A DNA stretch of 64,000 nucleotides from a bacterium BMS3Abin08 (GTDB lineage: Bacteria > Nitrospirota > Thermodesulfovibrionia > Thermodesulfovibrionales > JdFR-85), in the NCBI GenBank assembly GCA_002897935.1, contig BDTA01000058.1, forward strand, positions 5,486 to 69,485. Direction: 5' to 3'. Both the position numbers and the translations under genes were made by a program. Under the pieces are notes generated by a model. That model ran no database searches. It saw nothing but the letters and a program-made list of their open reading frames with translations, and was not told the DNA's origin. This document shows positions 17,602 to 26,577 of this stretch, one piece after another; the stretch's first letter is position 1; every line of letters begins with the position of its first letter.

Positions 17602-18979
17602 GTTATTCCTTTCCTTCATACTCATAATACTTCTTGCTCTGCTGTCCAACACCGTCTTTGAAAGACTGATCAGGAACGATTTCAAGGAATACATCCAGAG
17701 CACACAGGAAGACAAGGTTTACTGGGTCCTGGCAACGGTCGAGGGGAGCTACAGGAACAAGAGATGGGAAATGCCCCTCCTTAAAGAGGCCCTTCACTGG
17801 AGCATAATGCTTGGCTTTGAGGCATATGTTGTTGACCCCTCGGGCAAAAAGCTCCTCTCATCGACAGACACTCTCTCTATGCTCAATACAACGATGCTTA
17901 AGAGGATGAGCGCCCTCTTTGAACTCCCTACAGGAGTTGGGGAATTCACATGGTATCCACTCTTTGTGGAAGGAAATGAAATAGGGAAACTCTACATCCG
18001 TCCTTTGAAGCGACTCGGGTTTGTACCCCGGAAAGAATCCATCTTTCTCAGGCGTGGCAGGGAATTCCTTCTTATCTCATTTTTAATTGCAGGTGCCGGA
18101 GCCCTTCTCCTTTCGGTCCTCTTCACCATCTTTCTTTCAATGCCGATCAGGAGATTGACAAAGGCTGCAGAAAAGATAGCAGCGGGTGATTTCACCGTCA
18201 AGATAAAGAGACAGCACAAACCGTTATACGGATTGCTCAGGACAGAGGACGAGATAGACAGACTGACAAGGGCCTTCAATTATATGGCTGAGGCCCTGAA
18301 GCGAGAGGATGCCCTGAGAAAGCACCTGACATCCAATATAGCCCATGAGCTGAGGACCCCCCTGACAATAATTAAAGGTAACCTTGAAGCGATCGAAGAC
18401 GGAGTTATTTCCGATGCACAATCCGTTCTTAAAAATATCAACTCTGAAATAGAGAGAATCATTTCCCTCATCGAAGGCATTGACGACATAACCCAGGCTG
18501 AAGCAAGTTTTTTTAAAAAGGGAAAAAAAGAACGGATACGCCTTGCGGAACTTATACGTTCAATTGTTGATGGCATGAGACAGCTCATTGAAGAAAAGGG
18601 GCTTTCAATAGAGATATCAGGACCTGATATTACTGTGGAAACTTACCCTGAAAAGCTCCACATCATCCTGAAGAACCTTATCACAAACGCCTGTAAATTT
18701 ACTGAAAGGGGCGGCATTGAGATATCATGGCAGGGTGAGCCGACCAATGATCCGGGAACTTTTTCTATTTCCGTAAGGGACTCCGGAAGAGGAATACAGA
18801 GGAAGGACCTTCATAGAATCTTTGACCGTTTTTACAAAGACAGGGAATCCCCGGGAAGAGGACTTGGTCTTGCTATTGTGAAGGAGTTGACAGAGACAAT
18901 GGATGGGACGATACAGGTGCGTAGCCGGCCACAGAAGGGAACAGAATTCTTAATCCAGTTCGAGGAGACCGAAGGATGA
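17591..18979 (+). CDS. sensor histidine kinase (2 TM, HAMP, HisKA, HATPase_c)
   Basis: 462 aa. H-box NIAHELRTPLT. ATP-binding motifs DSGRGI and GLGLAIV. Overlaps the regulator gene by 11 nt. Confidence 0.85.
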   Translation: MRTKLFLSFILIILLALLSNTVFERLIRNDFKEYIQSTQEDKVYWVLATVEGSYRNKRWEMPLLKEALHWSIMLGFEAYVVDPSGKKLLSSTDTLSMLNTTMLKRMSALFELPTGVGEFTWYPLFVEGNEIGKLYIRPLKRLGFVPRKESIFLRRGREFLLISFLIAGAGALLLSVLFTIFLSMPIRRLTKAAEKIAAGDFTVKIKRQHKPLYGLLRTEDEIDRLTRAFNYMAEALKREDALRKHLTSNIAHELRTPLTIIKGNLEAIEDGVISDAQSVLKNINSEIERIISLIEGIDDITQAEASFFKKGKKERIRLAELIRSIVDGMRQLIEEKGLSIEISGPDITVETYPEKLHIILKNLITNACKFTERGGIEISWQGEPTNDPGTFSISVRDSGRGIQRKDLHRIFDRFYKDRESPGRGLGLAIVKELTETMDGTIQVRSRPQKGTEFLIQFEETEG

Positions 18980-19025
18980 CCGGATTTTGCCTGCACACTC
19001 TATCAGGACAGCCTGCTTATATTTT

Positions 19026-19300
19026 GGCTCTTTCGTGTTTAGTTGAGGACAGGCTTGAAATTCAACTTAACATTAAGCACAACGCACGCAGAGGGCAGAG
19101 TTGTCGTTTTTCCGTCATTCCGTCATTCCGGCTTGTCCGGAATCGTTCTTTAAGAAGGATTCCCGACATGCTTCGCTTGCGGGAATGACAAATGACTATA
19201 ATTTATACACGGACCATAATTAGACAAAGCAATCCAACATTTAGTAATTTATACGAGAATATCGCAGAAACGATTCCGGACAAGCCGGAATGACAGGACA
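19026..19300. repeat. repeat cluster: copy of the 2915-2985 module plus an inverted, one-ended family-A MITE and an isolated ccggacaagccgg hairpin
   Basis: 19097-19222 is the reverse complement of the left 125 bp of 23004-23130. It ends in tttatacacggaccataattag. 19271-19293 reads gattccggacaagccggaatgac. Confidence 0.7.
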
Positions 19301-19330
19301 AAACAGTTCTTGTTTTTATGGAAAGACGCA

Positions 19331-19690
19331 ATGGCAAAGCATAAAAGTGCAGGATTACGGAGCAGTGAAATAAAGGCCGGCATTCCTTTGATGACTCTGC
19401 TACTGATTCTTGTTTTTTCCTCTGCCGCCCTTGCCTGGCACAGGGATCATCCTGTTACTCCCTATGGGGACTTCTGTCCTGAATGCAGCAGTTACGGTAT
19501 GTGCAAGGTAATGTTAAGTCCGGAAAAAGCGGAAAAGGCAATCAGAAATTACTATGAACATAAGGGGTTTAACGTCGAAATCGATGGGGTAAGGGGAAGG
19601 TTTATCAGGGCAACAATCAGGAATGACGACGAGGTTGTGGACAAAATCATATTTGACAGAAAGACAGGACGGATAAGGTCTATTTATTGA
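19331..19690 (+). CDS. small exported or membrane-anchored protein, PepSY-like C-terminus (tentative)
   Basis: Hydrophobic segment IPLMTLLLILVFSSAALA, then a compact domain ending IIFDRKTGRIRSIY. Its position downstream of an OmpR/HK pair is typical for PepSY-type proteins. The start codon is uncertain (TTG 19310 or ATG 19331). Confidence 0.45.
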   Translation: MAKHKSAGLRSSEIKAGIPLMTLLLILVFSSAALAWHRDHPVTPYGDFCPECSSYGMCKVMLSPEKAEKAIRNYYEHKGFNVEIDGVRGRFIRATIRNDDEVVDKIIFDRKTGRIRSIY

Positions 19691-19702
19691 TAGATAAATA
19701 TC

Positions 19703-20056
19703 TCATAGTCTATCATACTTCTTTGCGGTCCCTTTTGCCTTATCGGCAGGATACTTCTGCTCGTTTATTCTTATTTTATCCTCAACTGCCTTAATGATAT
19801 CCACCCCTGTTTCATGACACAGCAGAAGGAGATAAATCATGATATCAGCCACTTCTTCCCTGACCGATTCAAAGCCCTTGCCCTGCAGATACTCTCTTAC
19901 CTCCTTATCGTCCTTCCATTGGAACTCCTGGAGCAGCTCTGCCGTCTCAATGGCAATGGATATGGCAAGATCCTTAGGTGTATGAAACTGCTCCCAGTCT
20001 CTGCGGTTCCTGAAGTCAAGGAGTTGATTAACTATGTCCTTTAGTTCTTTGCTCAT
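19703..20056 (-). CDS. MazG-like nucleotide pyrophosphohydrolase
   Basis: 117 aa. Contains RDWEQFHTPKDLAISIAIETAELLQEFQW and EEVADIMIYLLLL, the EExxE/D metal-binding helices of the all-alpha NTP-PPase family. Confidence 0.75.
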   Translation of the reverse strand: MSKELKDIVNQLLDFRNRRDWEQFHTPKDLAISIAIETAELLQEFQWKDDKEVREYLQGKGFESVREEVADIMIYLLLLCHETGVDIIKAVEDKIRINEQKYPADKAKGTAKKYDRL

Positions 20057-20174
20057 TCAGTCTCTTCGTTAAAGCCGGTATAGCCGTCGACTCAAAGTAT
20101 ATCAGAAACATTTTTTTATAACAAGTTTATCGAGTATCCTTGATAACTCCTCATGCTTAAGGTTACATTATAGG

Positions 20175-21833
20175 ATGGTAAGCTGGAGGCTTATAGAAAA
20201 AACCGACGGATTGTTACAAAAAGAGAAGGGAACCATATTCAAAGACCCAGGCGGCAGGGTGAATATATGCCTCGTCTATCCCAATACCTACAGGGTGGGC
20301 ATGTCAAACCTCGGTTTCCAGGGAATTTACGGCATCCTCAACAGCAGGCACGATACAGTCTGCGAGAGGGCATTCCTCCCTGACGAGGAAGATCTGACAG
20401 AGTTTGAAAGGACGGGTTCGGAACTCTTCTCCATGGAATCCAGGAGACCCCTTAACCGGTTTGATATCATAGCCTTCTCCGTATCCTTTGAGAACGACTA
20501 TCCTGCCATACCATTTATTTTAGCGCTCTCAAACCTCAAGCCTCTCAGTTCAGAGAGGGATGAGCGCTCTCCCATTGTCATGCTTGGCGGAGTCTGCGCA
20601 AGTTTCAATCCCGAACCCATAGCAGATCTTTTTGACCTCATCTTCATAGGCGAAGCAGACCGGTCGATCCACTCCCTTATAGAGACATTCAAAAAGACCT
20701 CTGTAAGACAGGAGTTCTTAAACGCGATATCTTCATATGCGGGCTTCTATGTCCCGCAGTTCTACAGGTTGGCTTATTCTGAAACCGGGGAACTCAAGGA
20801 AAGAACCCATATCCCTCCCGCCCCTGAACGGATCAGAAAGGTAACCGAAAAAAAGATTGATACCACGATAAGACCTGCTATAGTAACCCCTGAGGCCGAG
20901 TTTTCCGGAATGTATCTCCTTGAGGCGATGAGGGGATGTGTGTGGAGCTGCAGGTTCTGTATTGCCGGGCATATCTATAACCCGCCGAGGTATAAAGAGA
21001 AAGACATCCTCCTTGAGGAGATAGGACAAGCCAGGGAAAAAACTGACAGGATAGGGCTTGTCGGCCCCTCTCTTACAGACTATAAATACTGCGCTGAAGC
21101 CTTAAAGGTTAAAGATGTGGACTTCTCAATAACATCGCTGAGGGCTTCACCCAGGTCGGCGGAAATCCTGTCTCTCATGAAGGGTAAGCGGAGCATATCC
21201 ATTGCTCCCGAGGCCGGCACGGAACACCTGAGAAGGATTATAAACAAAAAGGTCTCCGAAGAAGAGATAATCGAAACCTCCAGAGAAATCCTGGCCTGCG
21301 GCATCTCATCACTCAGACTGTACTTCATGATCGGGCTACCCTATGAAAGAGATGAGGATATCGAGGGTATTATATCTCTGGCAGGGAAGATCCGCTCCTT
21401 ATCTGCCAGGGGGAATATCGTTTTGAGTATCAGCACCTTTGTACCAAAGCCCTTCACCCCCTTTCAGTGGCATCCCATGAGAGATGAAAAGACCGTAAAG
21501 AGACGCCTGAAGATGATAAAATCACAGACCGGCAGGAACAAAGGGATCAGGGTGCTTCATGATGTGGTGAAATACGCATATTTACAGGGCGTATTTTCAA
21601 GGGGGGACAGGCGAATCAGCAAAGCAATTACCGAGATGAGGCAGGCAGGCAGATGGAGAGACATAATGAGAGGGAAAGGACTTAGGATAGAAGACTATCT
21701 CTTCAGACCCCGGCGTTATGATGAACTCCTTCCCTGGGACTTTATTGATATCGGCATTACAAAGGAATATCTCTGGAGCGAGTATGAAAAGGCCCGGTAC
21801 CTATCTCTCCCTGATGCCGGAAAAGAGAGATAA
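20175..21833 (+). CDS. B12-binding-domain radical SAM protein (uncharacterised housekeeping-type family)
   Basis: 552 aa. N-terminal VYPNTYRVGMSNLGFQGIY, radical SAM cluster motif CVWSCRFC, and EAGTEHLRRIINK. Confidence 0.75.
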   Translation: MVSWRLIEKTDGLLQKEKGTIFKDPGGRVNICLVYPNTYRVGMSNLGFQGIYGILNSRHDTVCERAFLPDEEDLTEFERTGSELFSMESRRPLNRFDIIAFSVSFENDYPAIPFILALSNLKPLSSERDERSPIVMLGGVCASFNPEPIADLFDLIFIGEADRSIHSLIETFKKTSVRQEFLNAISSYAGFYVPQFYRLAYSETGELKERTHIPPAPERIRKVTEKKIDTTIRPAIVTPEAEFSGMYLLEAMRGCVWSCRFCIAGHIYNPPRYKEKDILLEEIGQAREKTDRIGLVGPSLTDYKYCAEALKVKDVDFSITSLRASPRSAEILSLMKGKRSISIAPEAGTEHLRRIINKKVSEEEIIETSREILACGISSLRLYFMIGLPYERDEDIEGIISLAGKIRSLSARGNIVLSISTFVPKPFTPFQWHPMRDEKTVKRRLKMIKSQTGRNKGIRVLHDVVKYAYLQGVFSRGDRRISKAITEMRQAGRWRDIMRGKGLRIEDYLFRPRRYDELLPWDFIDIGITKEYLWSEYEKARYLSLPDAGKER

Positions 21834-23000
21834 CCCTATTATAAAGAAAAGCACTATAGAGAGAACCGCATACCTCTGGCTGCCTGTGACGGAAGAAATG
21901 CTCCCGAAGAGTATGGGACCGAGGATAGCCGATGTCTTCCCGGTCAGTGCATAAACTCCAAAGTACTTTCCCTCTTCCCCTTCCGTTATAAACCGGCTGT
22001 AGAACGCCCTTGAGGCTGCCTGAATAACACCCAGTCCCCCGCCTGCTGCTATGGCTATCCCCCAGAAGAGCCCCTTATCATGGATGAAATAGGCGGCGGC
22101 GGTTACAACAATCCAGAAGACCAACAGGCCCCGAATCATCTGCCGGGGTCCCAGTCGGTCGGTCATCCCTGCAAGCAGGAAGGAACCGGCCATGGCTGTA
22201 AACTGGACAAGGAGATAGAGGAAAACCAGTTCTTGCATTGAGAAGGACAGAGTAACCGAGGCATATATGCTTGAAAATATAATTATCGTATTTACCCCAT
22301 CCTTGTAAAAGAAGTAGGAAAGGAGAAACATCCTCGCATCCCTTCTTGCCAGGATCTCCCTCACTGCTGAACAGGTCTCCCTGAGGCCTTTCAGCAGGGC
22401 GATCTTCGGGGAGTATCCGCCACCGCCACCGGAGAGGCTTAAAAAGGCAGGCAGAGAGAAAAGGAAAAAAAAGAGGGATACCATAGGCCATATAAGAGTG
22501 ACCCTCCCTGCCTTCATCAAAAAGAGGGCAAGCAGAAGAGCAAGGATGGACCCTGCATATCCAAGACCGAAACCCCAACCGGAGATCCTTCCCCTGAACT
22601 GGTATGGGACGAGTTCGGGCAGATAAGAATTATAGAATACAAGGGCTCCCTCCATACCGACATTAGCAAGTACCACAAGAAGGACTGTCTCAAGAATCAT
22701 TCCCCTCTCAACAAAGGCAAGAAGGCCCACGGAAATAACGCAGAGAAGGGTATAGAAGAAGAGCATCGCCTTTCTCTTCCCTGCATTGTCTGCGAGCCCT
22801 CCCACAAAAGGAGAAGTTACCGCAACGAAAGCCATGCTCAGAGATATCGCCCTTCCCCACCAGAGGTCTCCCACTAAAGGATCGGGGGCAATACCCTTAA
22901 CAAAATAGACAGGGAATATGACAGCGGCTATTACGGAAGAATAAGAAGAGTTGGCAAAATCATAGAGGCACCAGCTGAGGATCTGTTTTCTGTTTTCCAT
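21801..23000 (-). CDS. MFS transporter (UMF1-like)
   Basis: 399 aa with about 12 hydrophobic helices. Begins SWCLYDFANSSYSSVI, which is typical of the UMF1 subfamily. Its 3' end overlaps the convergent radical SAM gene by 33 nt. Confidence 0.75.
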   Translation of the reverse strand: MENRKQILSWCLYDFANSSYSSVIAAVIFPVYFVKGIAPDPLVGDLWWGRAISLSMAFVAVTSPFVGGLADNAGKRKAMLFFYTLLCVISVGLLAFVERGMILETVLLVVLANVGMEGALVFYNSYLPELVPYQFRGRISGWGFGLGYAGSILALLLALFLMKAGRVTLIWPMVSLFFFLFSLPAFLSLSGGGGGYSPKIALLKGLRETCSAVREILARRDARMFLLSYFFYKDGVNTIIIFSSIYASVTLSFSMQELVFLYLLVQFTAMAGSFLLAGMTDRLGPRQMIRGLLVFWIVVTAAAYFIHDKGLFWGIAIAAGGGLGVIQAASRAFYSRFITEGEEGKYFGVYALTGKTSAILGPILFGSISSVTGSQRYAVLSIVLFFIIGLSLFSGIRER

Positions 23001-23003
23001 TAG

Positions 23004-23180
23004 TTAGTGTCTGTGTATAAATTACAGTCATTTGTCATTCCCGCAAGCGAAGCATGTCGGGAATCCTTCTTAAAGAACGATTCCGGACAAGCCGGAATGA
23101 CGGAAAAACGACAACTGAAAACTCCGGATTTCTGCTTAAGGACTGCTGGAATGACAGATATGGAATTTGAGTTTATACAC
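23004..23180. mobile_element. chimeric MITE-like element (left half family-A type 1, right half type 2)
   Basis: Left end ttagtgtctgtgtataaattacagtc and right end gagtttatacac. The interior combines the cccgcaagcgaagcatgtcggg and ccggacaagccgg hairpins with ctgcttaaggactgctggaatgac. Confidence 0.6.
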
Positions 23181-23274
23181 TACAGCGTCATACCTGAAAT
23201 GAATTCAGGGCAGGCTCCGGCCCACACTCGATGTGGGGATAGAACAACACCAGTACAGGCTCATGGTCTCCTGT

Positions 23275-24303
23275 TTATCTCCTGCTCTGGTCATGGACCA
23301 AATTCACAAGGGTCTTTGCCATCTCCGGTGATGTCTGTGGCAGTATACCATGACCGAGGTTAAAGATGTGACCACGGGCACGGCTTCCTTTTTTCAGAAT
23401 ATCCCCAACCTTGCTTTTCAGTGTATCTCTGTCCGAAAAGAGTGCACAGGGGTCAAGGTTTCCCTGAATGGACACACCCTTCCCCAGCCTGGTAATCGCC
23501 TTTCCAATATCAACCCTCCAGTCAATGCCGATGACATCCGCCCCGGAAGTCCCGGCCATCTCAAGCAGGCCGCCACAGTTATTGACGAAGTATATTACAG
23601 GGACACCAAGTGGTTTTAATGCACTGATGGTCCTCTTCACATAGGGAAGGGAAAACAGCCTGTAGTCATCCGGGGCAAGTGCACCTGCCCAGGAGTCAAA
23701 GACCTGAATCGCCTGGGCGCCGGCCTTTATCTGGGCGGCAAGATAGTTGATTGTCGTCTCGGTAATCCTCTCCATAAGGGAATGAAACATCCCGGGAGTG
23801 CTGAACATCACGGTCTTTGTATTCAGAAAGTTCTTTGAACTACCACCCTCGATCATGTATGTGGCAAGGGTAAACGGCGCCCCGGAGAAACCAATGAGCG
23901 GGATCTTCCTTCTGAGTTTCCTTCTCAGGATCCTTATTGTTTCAAGTACAAAGGGGACGTCTTTTTTCGGATCTATTACCACCAGATGGTCAAGATCTCT
24001 CTGTTTCCTTACAGGCTTGCTCAGGACCGGCCCCTTTTTTTCGAGAAAACGGAGCTTCATACCCATCGCCTCAACAGGGATCAGGATGTCGGAAAAGAGT
24101 ATAGCCGCATCAACACCGAGGATATCCACCGGCTGAAGTGTCACCTCAGCAGCAAGCTCAGGGGTCTTACACAGGGTAAGAAAGTCCACCCTCCGCCTCA
24201 CCTCCCGGTATTCAGGCAGGTACCTGCCTGCCTGACGCATTATCCATACAGGGGTGTACTCCACGGCTTCACCTCTGCATGCCCTGAGAAAAGTATCGTT
24301 CAT
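23275..24303 (-). CDS. hemE: uroporphyrinogen decarboxylase HemE
   Basis: Contains FLRACRGEAVEYTPVWIMRQAGRYLPEYR and later NLGHGILP. Start moved to the ATG at 24303, which has a strong RBS (taaggagg, 5 nt spacing). Confidence 0.85.
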   Translation of the reverse strand: MNDTFLRACRGEAVEYTPVWIMRQAGRYLPEYREVRRRVDFLTLCKTPELAAEVTLQPVDILGVDAAILFSDILIPVEAMGMKLRFLEKKGPVLSKPVRKQRDLDHLVVIDPKKDVPFVLETIRILRRKLRRKIPLIGFSGAPFTLATYMIEGGSSKNFLNTKTVMFSTPGMFHSLMERITETTINYLAAQIKAGAQAIQVFDSWAGALAPDDYRLFSLPYVKRTISALKPLGVPVIYFVNNCGGLLEMAGTSGADVIGIDWRVDIGKAITRLGKGVSIQGNLDPCALFSDRDTLKSKVGDILKKGSRARGHIFNLGHGILPQTSPEMAKTLVNLVHDQSRR

Positions 24304-24319
24304 AAAAACCTCCTTACTA

Positions 24320-24391
24320 AACACAGATGATCACTGATACAAGCGCAGATGACCGCAGATACTGTGCTAATCTGTATTTTTTCTATCTGTG
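24320..24391. repeat. heptamer array, left flank of the GxxExxY cassette (CRCAGAT x3, then ATCTGTG-type x2)
   Basis: CACAGAT 24322, CGCAGAT 24344, CGCAGAT 24354, ATCTGT 24370, ATCTGTG 24385; all read directly. Confidence 0.8.
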
Positions 24392-24808
24392 TTATTTATC
24401 AGTGTAAATAAGCCTTTTTACCCCAAGTTTACTTGTTCCAAAATTAGCCAGCAATACAAGTTTATACTTTGTGCCTTTCACATAATAATAGACTTGGTCT
24501 CTCATAGCTTTTGTAATAGCCGGTGCCACTTTAACTTCTAATATAACTTTTTCATCTATAATGAAATCAGGTCTGTATACCCCCACTTTCTTTCCCTTGT
24601 ATTTAACATCTATGGTTTTTTCTTCTACAAAAGGAATTCCTTTTTCAATTAATTCTATAGTAATTGCCTTATGATAAATAATTTCTTTATGTACACTACC
24701 CAATTCTTTATGAATTTCATAAAGAACCCCTATGATTTTGTAGGTTAAATCTTTATAAATATATTCTGTTTCTTTATATGTGCCCATCTGTGTCTTTTCT
24801 GCGATCAT
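24392..24808 (-). CDS. GxxExxY-family protein (PD-(D/E)XK nuclease-fold superfamily)
   Basis: 138 aa (131 aa if the start is M8 at 24787). Contains IIGVLYEIHKELGSVHKEIIYHKAITIEL and RPDFIIDEKVILEVKV. Visibly AT-rich compared with its neighbours. Confidence 0.7.
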   Translation of the reverse strand: MIAEKTQMGTYKETEYIYKDLTYKIIGVLYEIHKELGSVHKEIIYHKAITIELIEKGIPFVEEKTIDVKYKGKKVGVYRPDFIIDEKVILEVKVAPAITKAMRDQVYYYVKGTKYKLVLLANFGTSKLGVKRLIYTDK

Positions 24809-24862
24809 TTGCGTTTCTCATCTGCGATCATCTGTGCTTTTCTCCATCTGTGCCAATCTGTG
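24785..24862. repeat. heptamer array, right flank of the GxxExxY cassette (ATCTGYG x5)
   Basis: catctgtg 24785, catctgcg 24819, catctgtg 24829, catctgtg 24845, aatctgtg 24855. The array overlaps the last 16 codons of the radical SAM gene. Confidence 0.8.
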
Positions 24863-25912
24863 TTTCTTAGGCATATAGCCGCAGAAAGGCTCCTCATCCA
24901 GGAAGTCTCCGGTAACTGCATACGCCCTTGCCCGACAGCCGCCACAGACATTTATGTACTCACAGGAGCCGCAGCGTCCCTTGTAACTCTTGAAGTCACG
25001 GAGTTCCCTGAAGAGCTCCGAGTTCTCCCATATGTCCTTGAAGGGCTGCTCAAAGACGTTCCCCGCCGACTTTGGAAAGTAACTGCAGGGAAGCACATCC
25101 CCGTCAACATCAATAAGACATATCAACTGTCCGGCAATACAACCCTTTGCACCACCTGTGGAGAACTTAAGAGATCTCCTCTCAAACGCCTCACCCTCAT
25201 GCCTCGATTGCTGAAGCACTATTCTGTAGTAGTGAGGGGCGCAGGTAGGTCTTACAAGCATCTCCTTTTCGAGTTTTTCCATCTGATAGTGCCACTCGAG
25301 GATCTCCTCATAATCCTCCTTTGAGATAAGTTCGTTCATAATCTCCTCACCCCTGCCTGTAGGAACAATCATGAACATATACCATGCAGTGGCGCCAAGT
25401 TCCTTTGCCAGACGGTAGACCCGCGGGATCTCCTCCTGGTTCCTCTTCGTAAAGGAAGAATTTATAATAAACTCTATCCCATGTTTTCTGAAGAGCCCGG
25501 CAGCCCTGATGGTACCCTCAAAGGCACCCCTCTGCTTACGGAAGTCATCATGAACATCTGCGGTTGATCCGTCAAGGCTCAAGGAGACTATCTTTATGCC
25601 CGATTCCTTTATCCTCTCACATCTTTCGTCATCAACAAGCAGACCGTTCGTCGCCATACACATCCTGAGCCCCTTATCAGTGCCGTATCCGGCAATATCA
25701 AAGACGTCTTTTCTCATCAACGGCTCTCCACCTGAAAGCACAACTACAGGCTTTGCGTAACTTGCAATGTCATCAATGACCCGGTATGCATCCTCTGTCG
25801 GAAAATCAGGGTGCCCCTTCACCACGGCCTCGGATGCAGATCGGCAGTGAACGCACCTGAGGTTACATCTTCTTGTAATTTCCCATGCTATCCACTTAGG
25901 TCTGAATTCCAT
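24818..25912 (-). CDS. radical SAM/SPASM protein, AhbD/NirJ-like (haem-biosynthesis type)
   Basis: 364 aa. Contains [16 protein letters not shown] (CxxxCxxC) and the C-terminal SPASM cysteines CSYFP...[18 protein letters not shown]. Confidence 0.7.
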   Translation of the reverse strand: MEFRPKWIAWEITRRCNLRCVHCRSASEAVVKGHPDFPTEDAYRVIDDIASYAKPVVVLSGGEPLMRKDVFDIAGYGTDKGLRMCMATNGLLVDDERCERIKESGIKIVSLSLDGSTADVHDDFRKQRGAFEGTIRAAGLFRKHGIEFIINSSFTKRNQEEIPRVYRLAKELGATAWYMFMIVPTGRGEEIMNELISKEDYEEILEWHYQMEKLEKEMLVRPTCAPHYYRIVLQQSRHEGEAFERRSLKFSTGGAKGCIAGQLICLIDVDGDVLPCSYFPKSAGNVFEQPFKDIWENSELFRELRDFKSYKGRCGSCEYINVCGGCRARAYAVTGDFLDEEPFCGYMPKKHRLAQMEKSTDDRR

Positions 25913-25925
25913 GTCTTACTCCTGC

Positions 25926-26065
25926 GTCAAGCTCTCCGGCCGAAGGCCGGAGCTTGCCGATGGCATGCCTTACAGCATAGCAATGTAAGGTTTTGATATT
26001 TTATCTTTATATTTGCCTCCGGCACTTCGGTGCTTTCGGCAAAGAACATTGTAAGGAAATTTGAT
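25926..26065 (+). repeat. 140-bp repeat 'C-long' (left copy of an inverted pair)
   Basis: gtcaagctctccggccgaaggccggagcttgcc...cattgtaaggaaatttgat. The reverse complement of 29040-29179 is about 93 percent identical by eye. Confidence 0.8.
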
Positions 26066-26270
26066 TAATTAGAGTCCGTGTATAAACTCGAACAGTTGCC
26101 GTTACTCCGTCATTCCCCGAAAGCATTCGGGAAATTATTCAAAGCGCAAAGCGCATAGCATTAGTTTTTCTGTCATTCCGGCTTGTCCGGAATCTGTCTT
26201 TAAGAAGGATTCCCGACGCGCTTCACTTGCGGGAATGACAAATAACCGTAGTTTACACAGACTCTGCTTA
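26066..26270. mobile_element. family-A MITE-like element inserted into the C repeat
   Basis: Ends TAATTAGAGTCCGTGTATAAAC and GTTTACACAGACTCTGCTTA. The interior carries cccgaaagcattcggg, ccggcttgtccgg and cccgacgcgcttcacttgcggg hairpins. Confidence 0.7.
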
Positions 26271-26328
26271 CATTCCTTGCCTTCATCCCCGACCAAAGAT
26301 CGGGGCTTTCGGTAAGGTGCATTGTAAA
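26271..26328 (+). repeat. repeat 'C-short'
   Basis: cattccttgccttcatccccgaccaaagatcggggctttcggtaaggtgcattgtaaa. Copies at 3071-3120 (partial), 28976-29033 (reverse complement) and 57456-57511. Confidence 0.8.
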
Positions 26329-26577
26329 TTTTAAAACCTCAAATACTCCGGCACATTGAGCAAATACCGGTTGTTTTGCCTGAACTAAGCGATTCTTCAG
26401 AAAAAATGAGAGGATTGCGGAATTAGCGGTTATGTCACCCCTGCCCTCCTCCATCAAGGTGGAGAGGGAATTTTTGAGAAGTCCCCATCCCCTAATGGGA
26501 GAGCATTGGGGAGAGGTGTTCAAAATCATTTAATTCAGGTTTTATCAAAACTCAGTGTCTCTGTGGTTCGGTCTTTA

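Noticed and set aside
19703-20056. MazG-like gene as part of a toxin-antitoxin or anti-phage nucleotide-depletion system
   Set aside because: It is a stand-alone gene with no adjacent partner, toxin or mobile-element context. Housekeeping all-alpha NTP pyrophosphohydrolases of this size are common.
22078-22578. 166-aa minus-strand ORF in an alternative frame
   Set aside because: It lies inside the MFS transporter gene in another frame. Its composition is Pro/Arg/Gly-rich, and it has no RBS.
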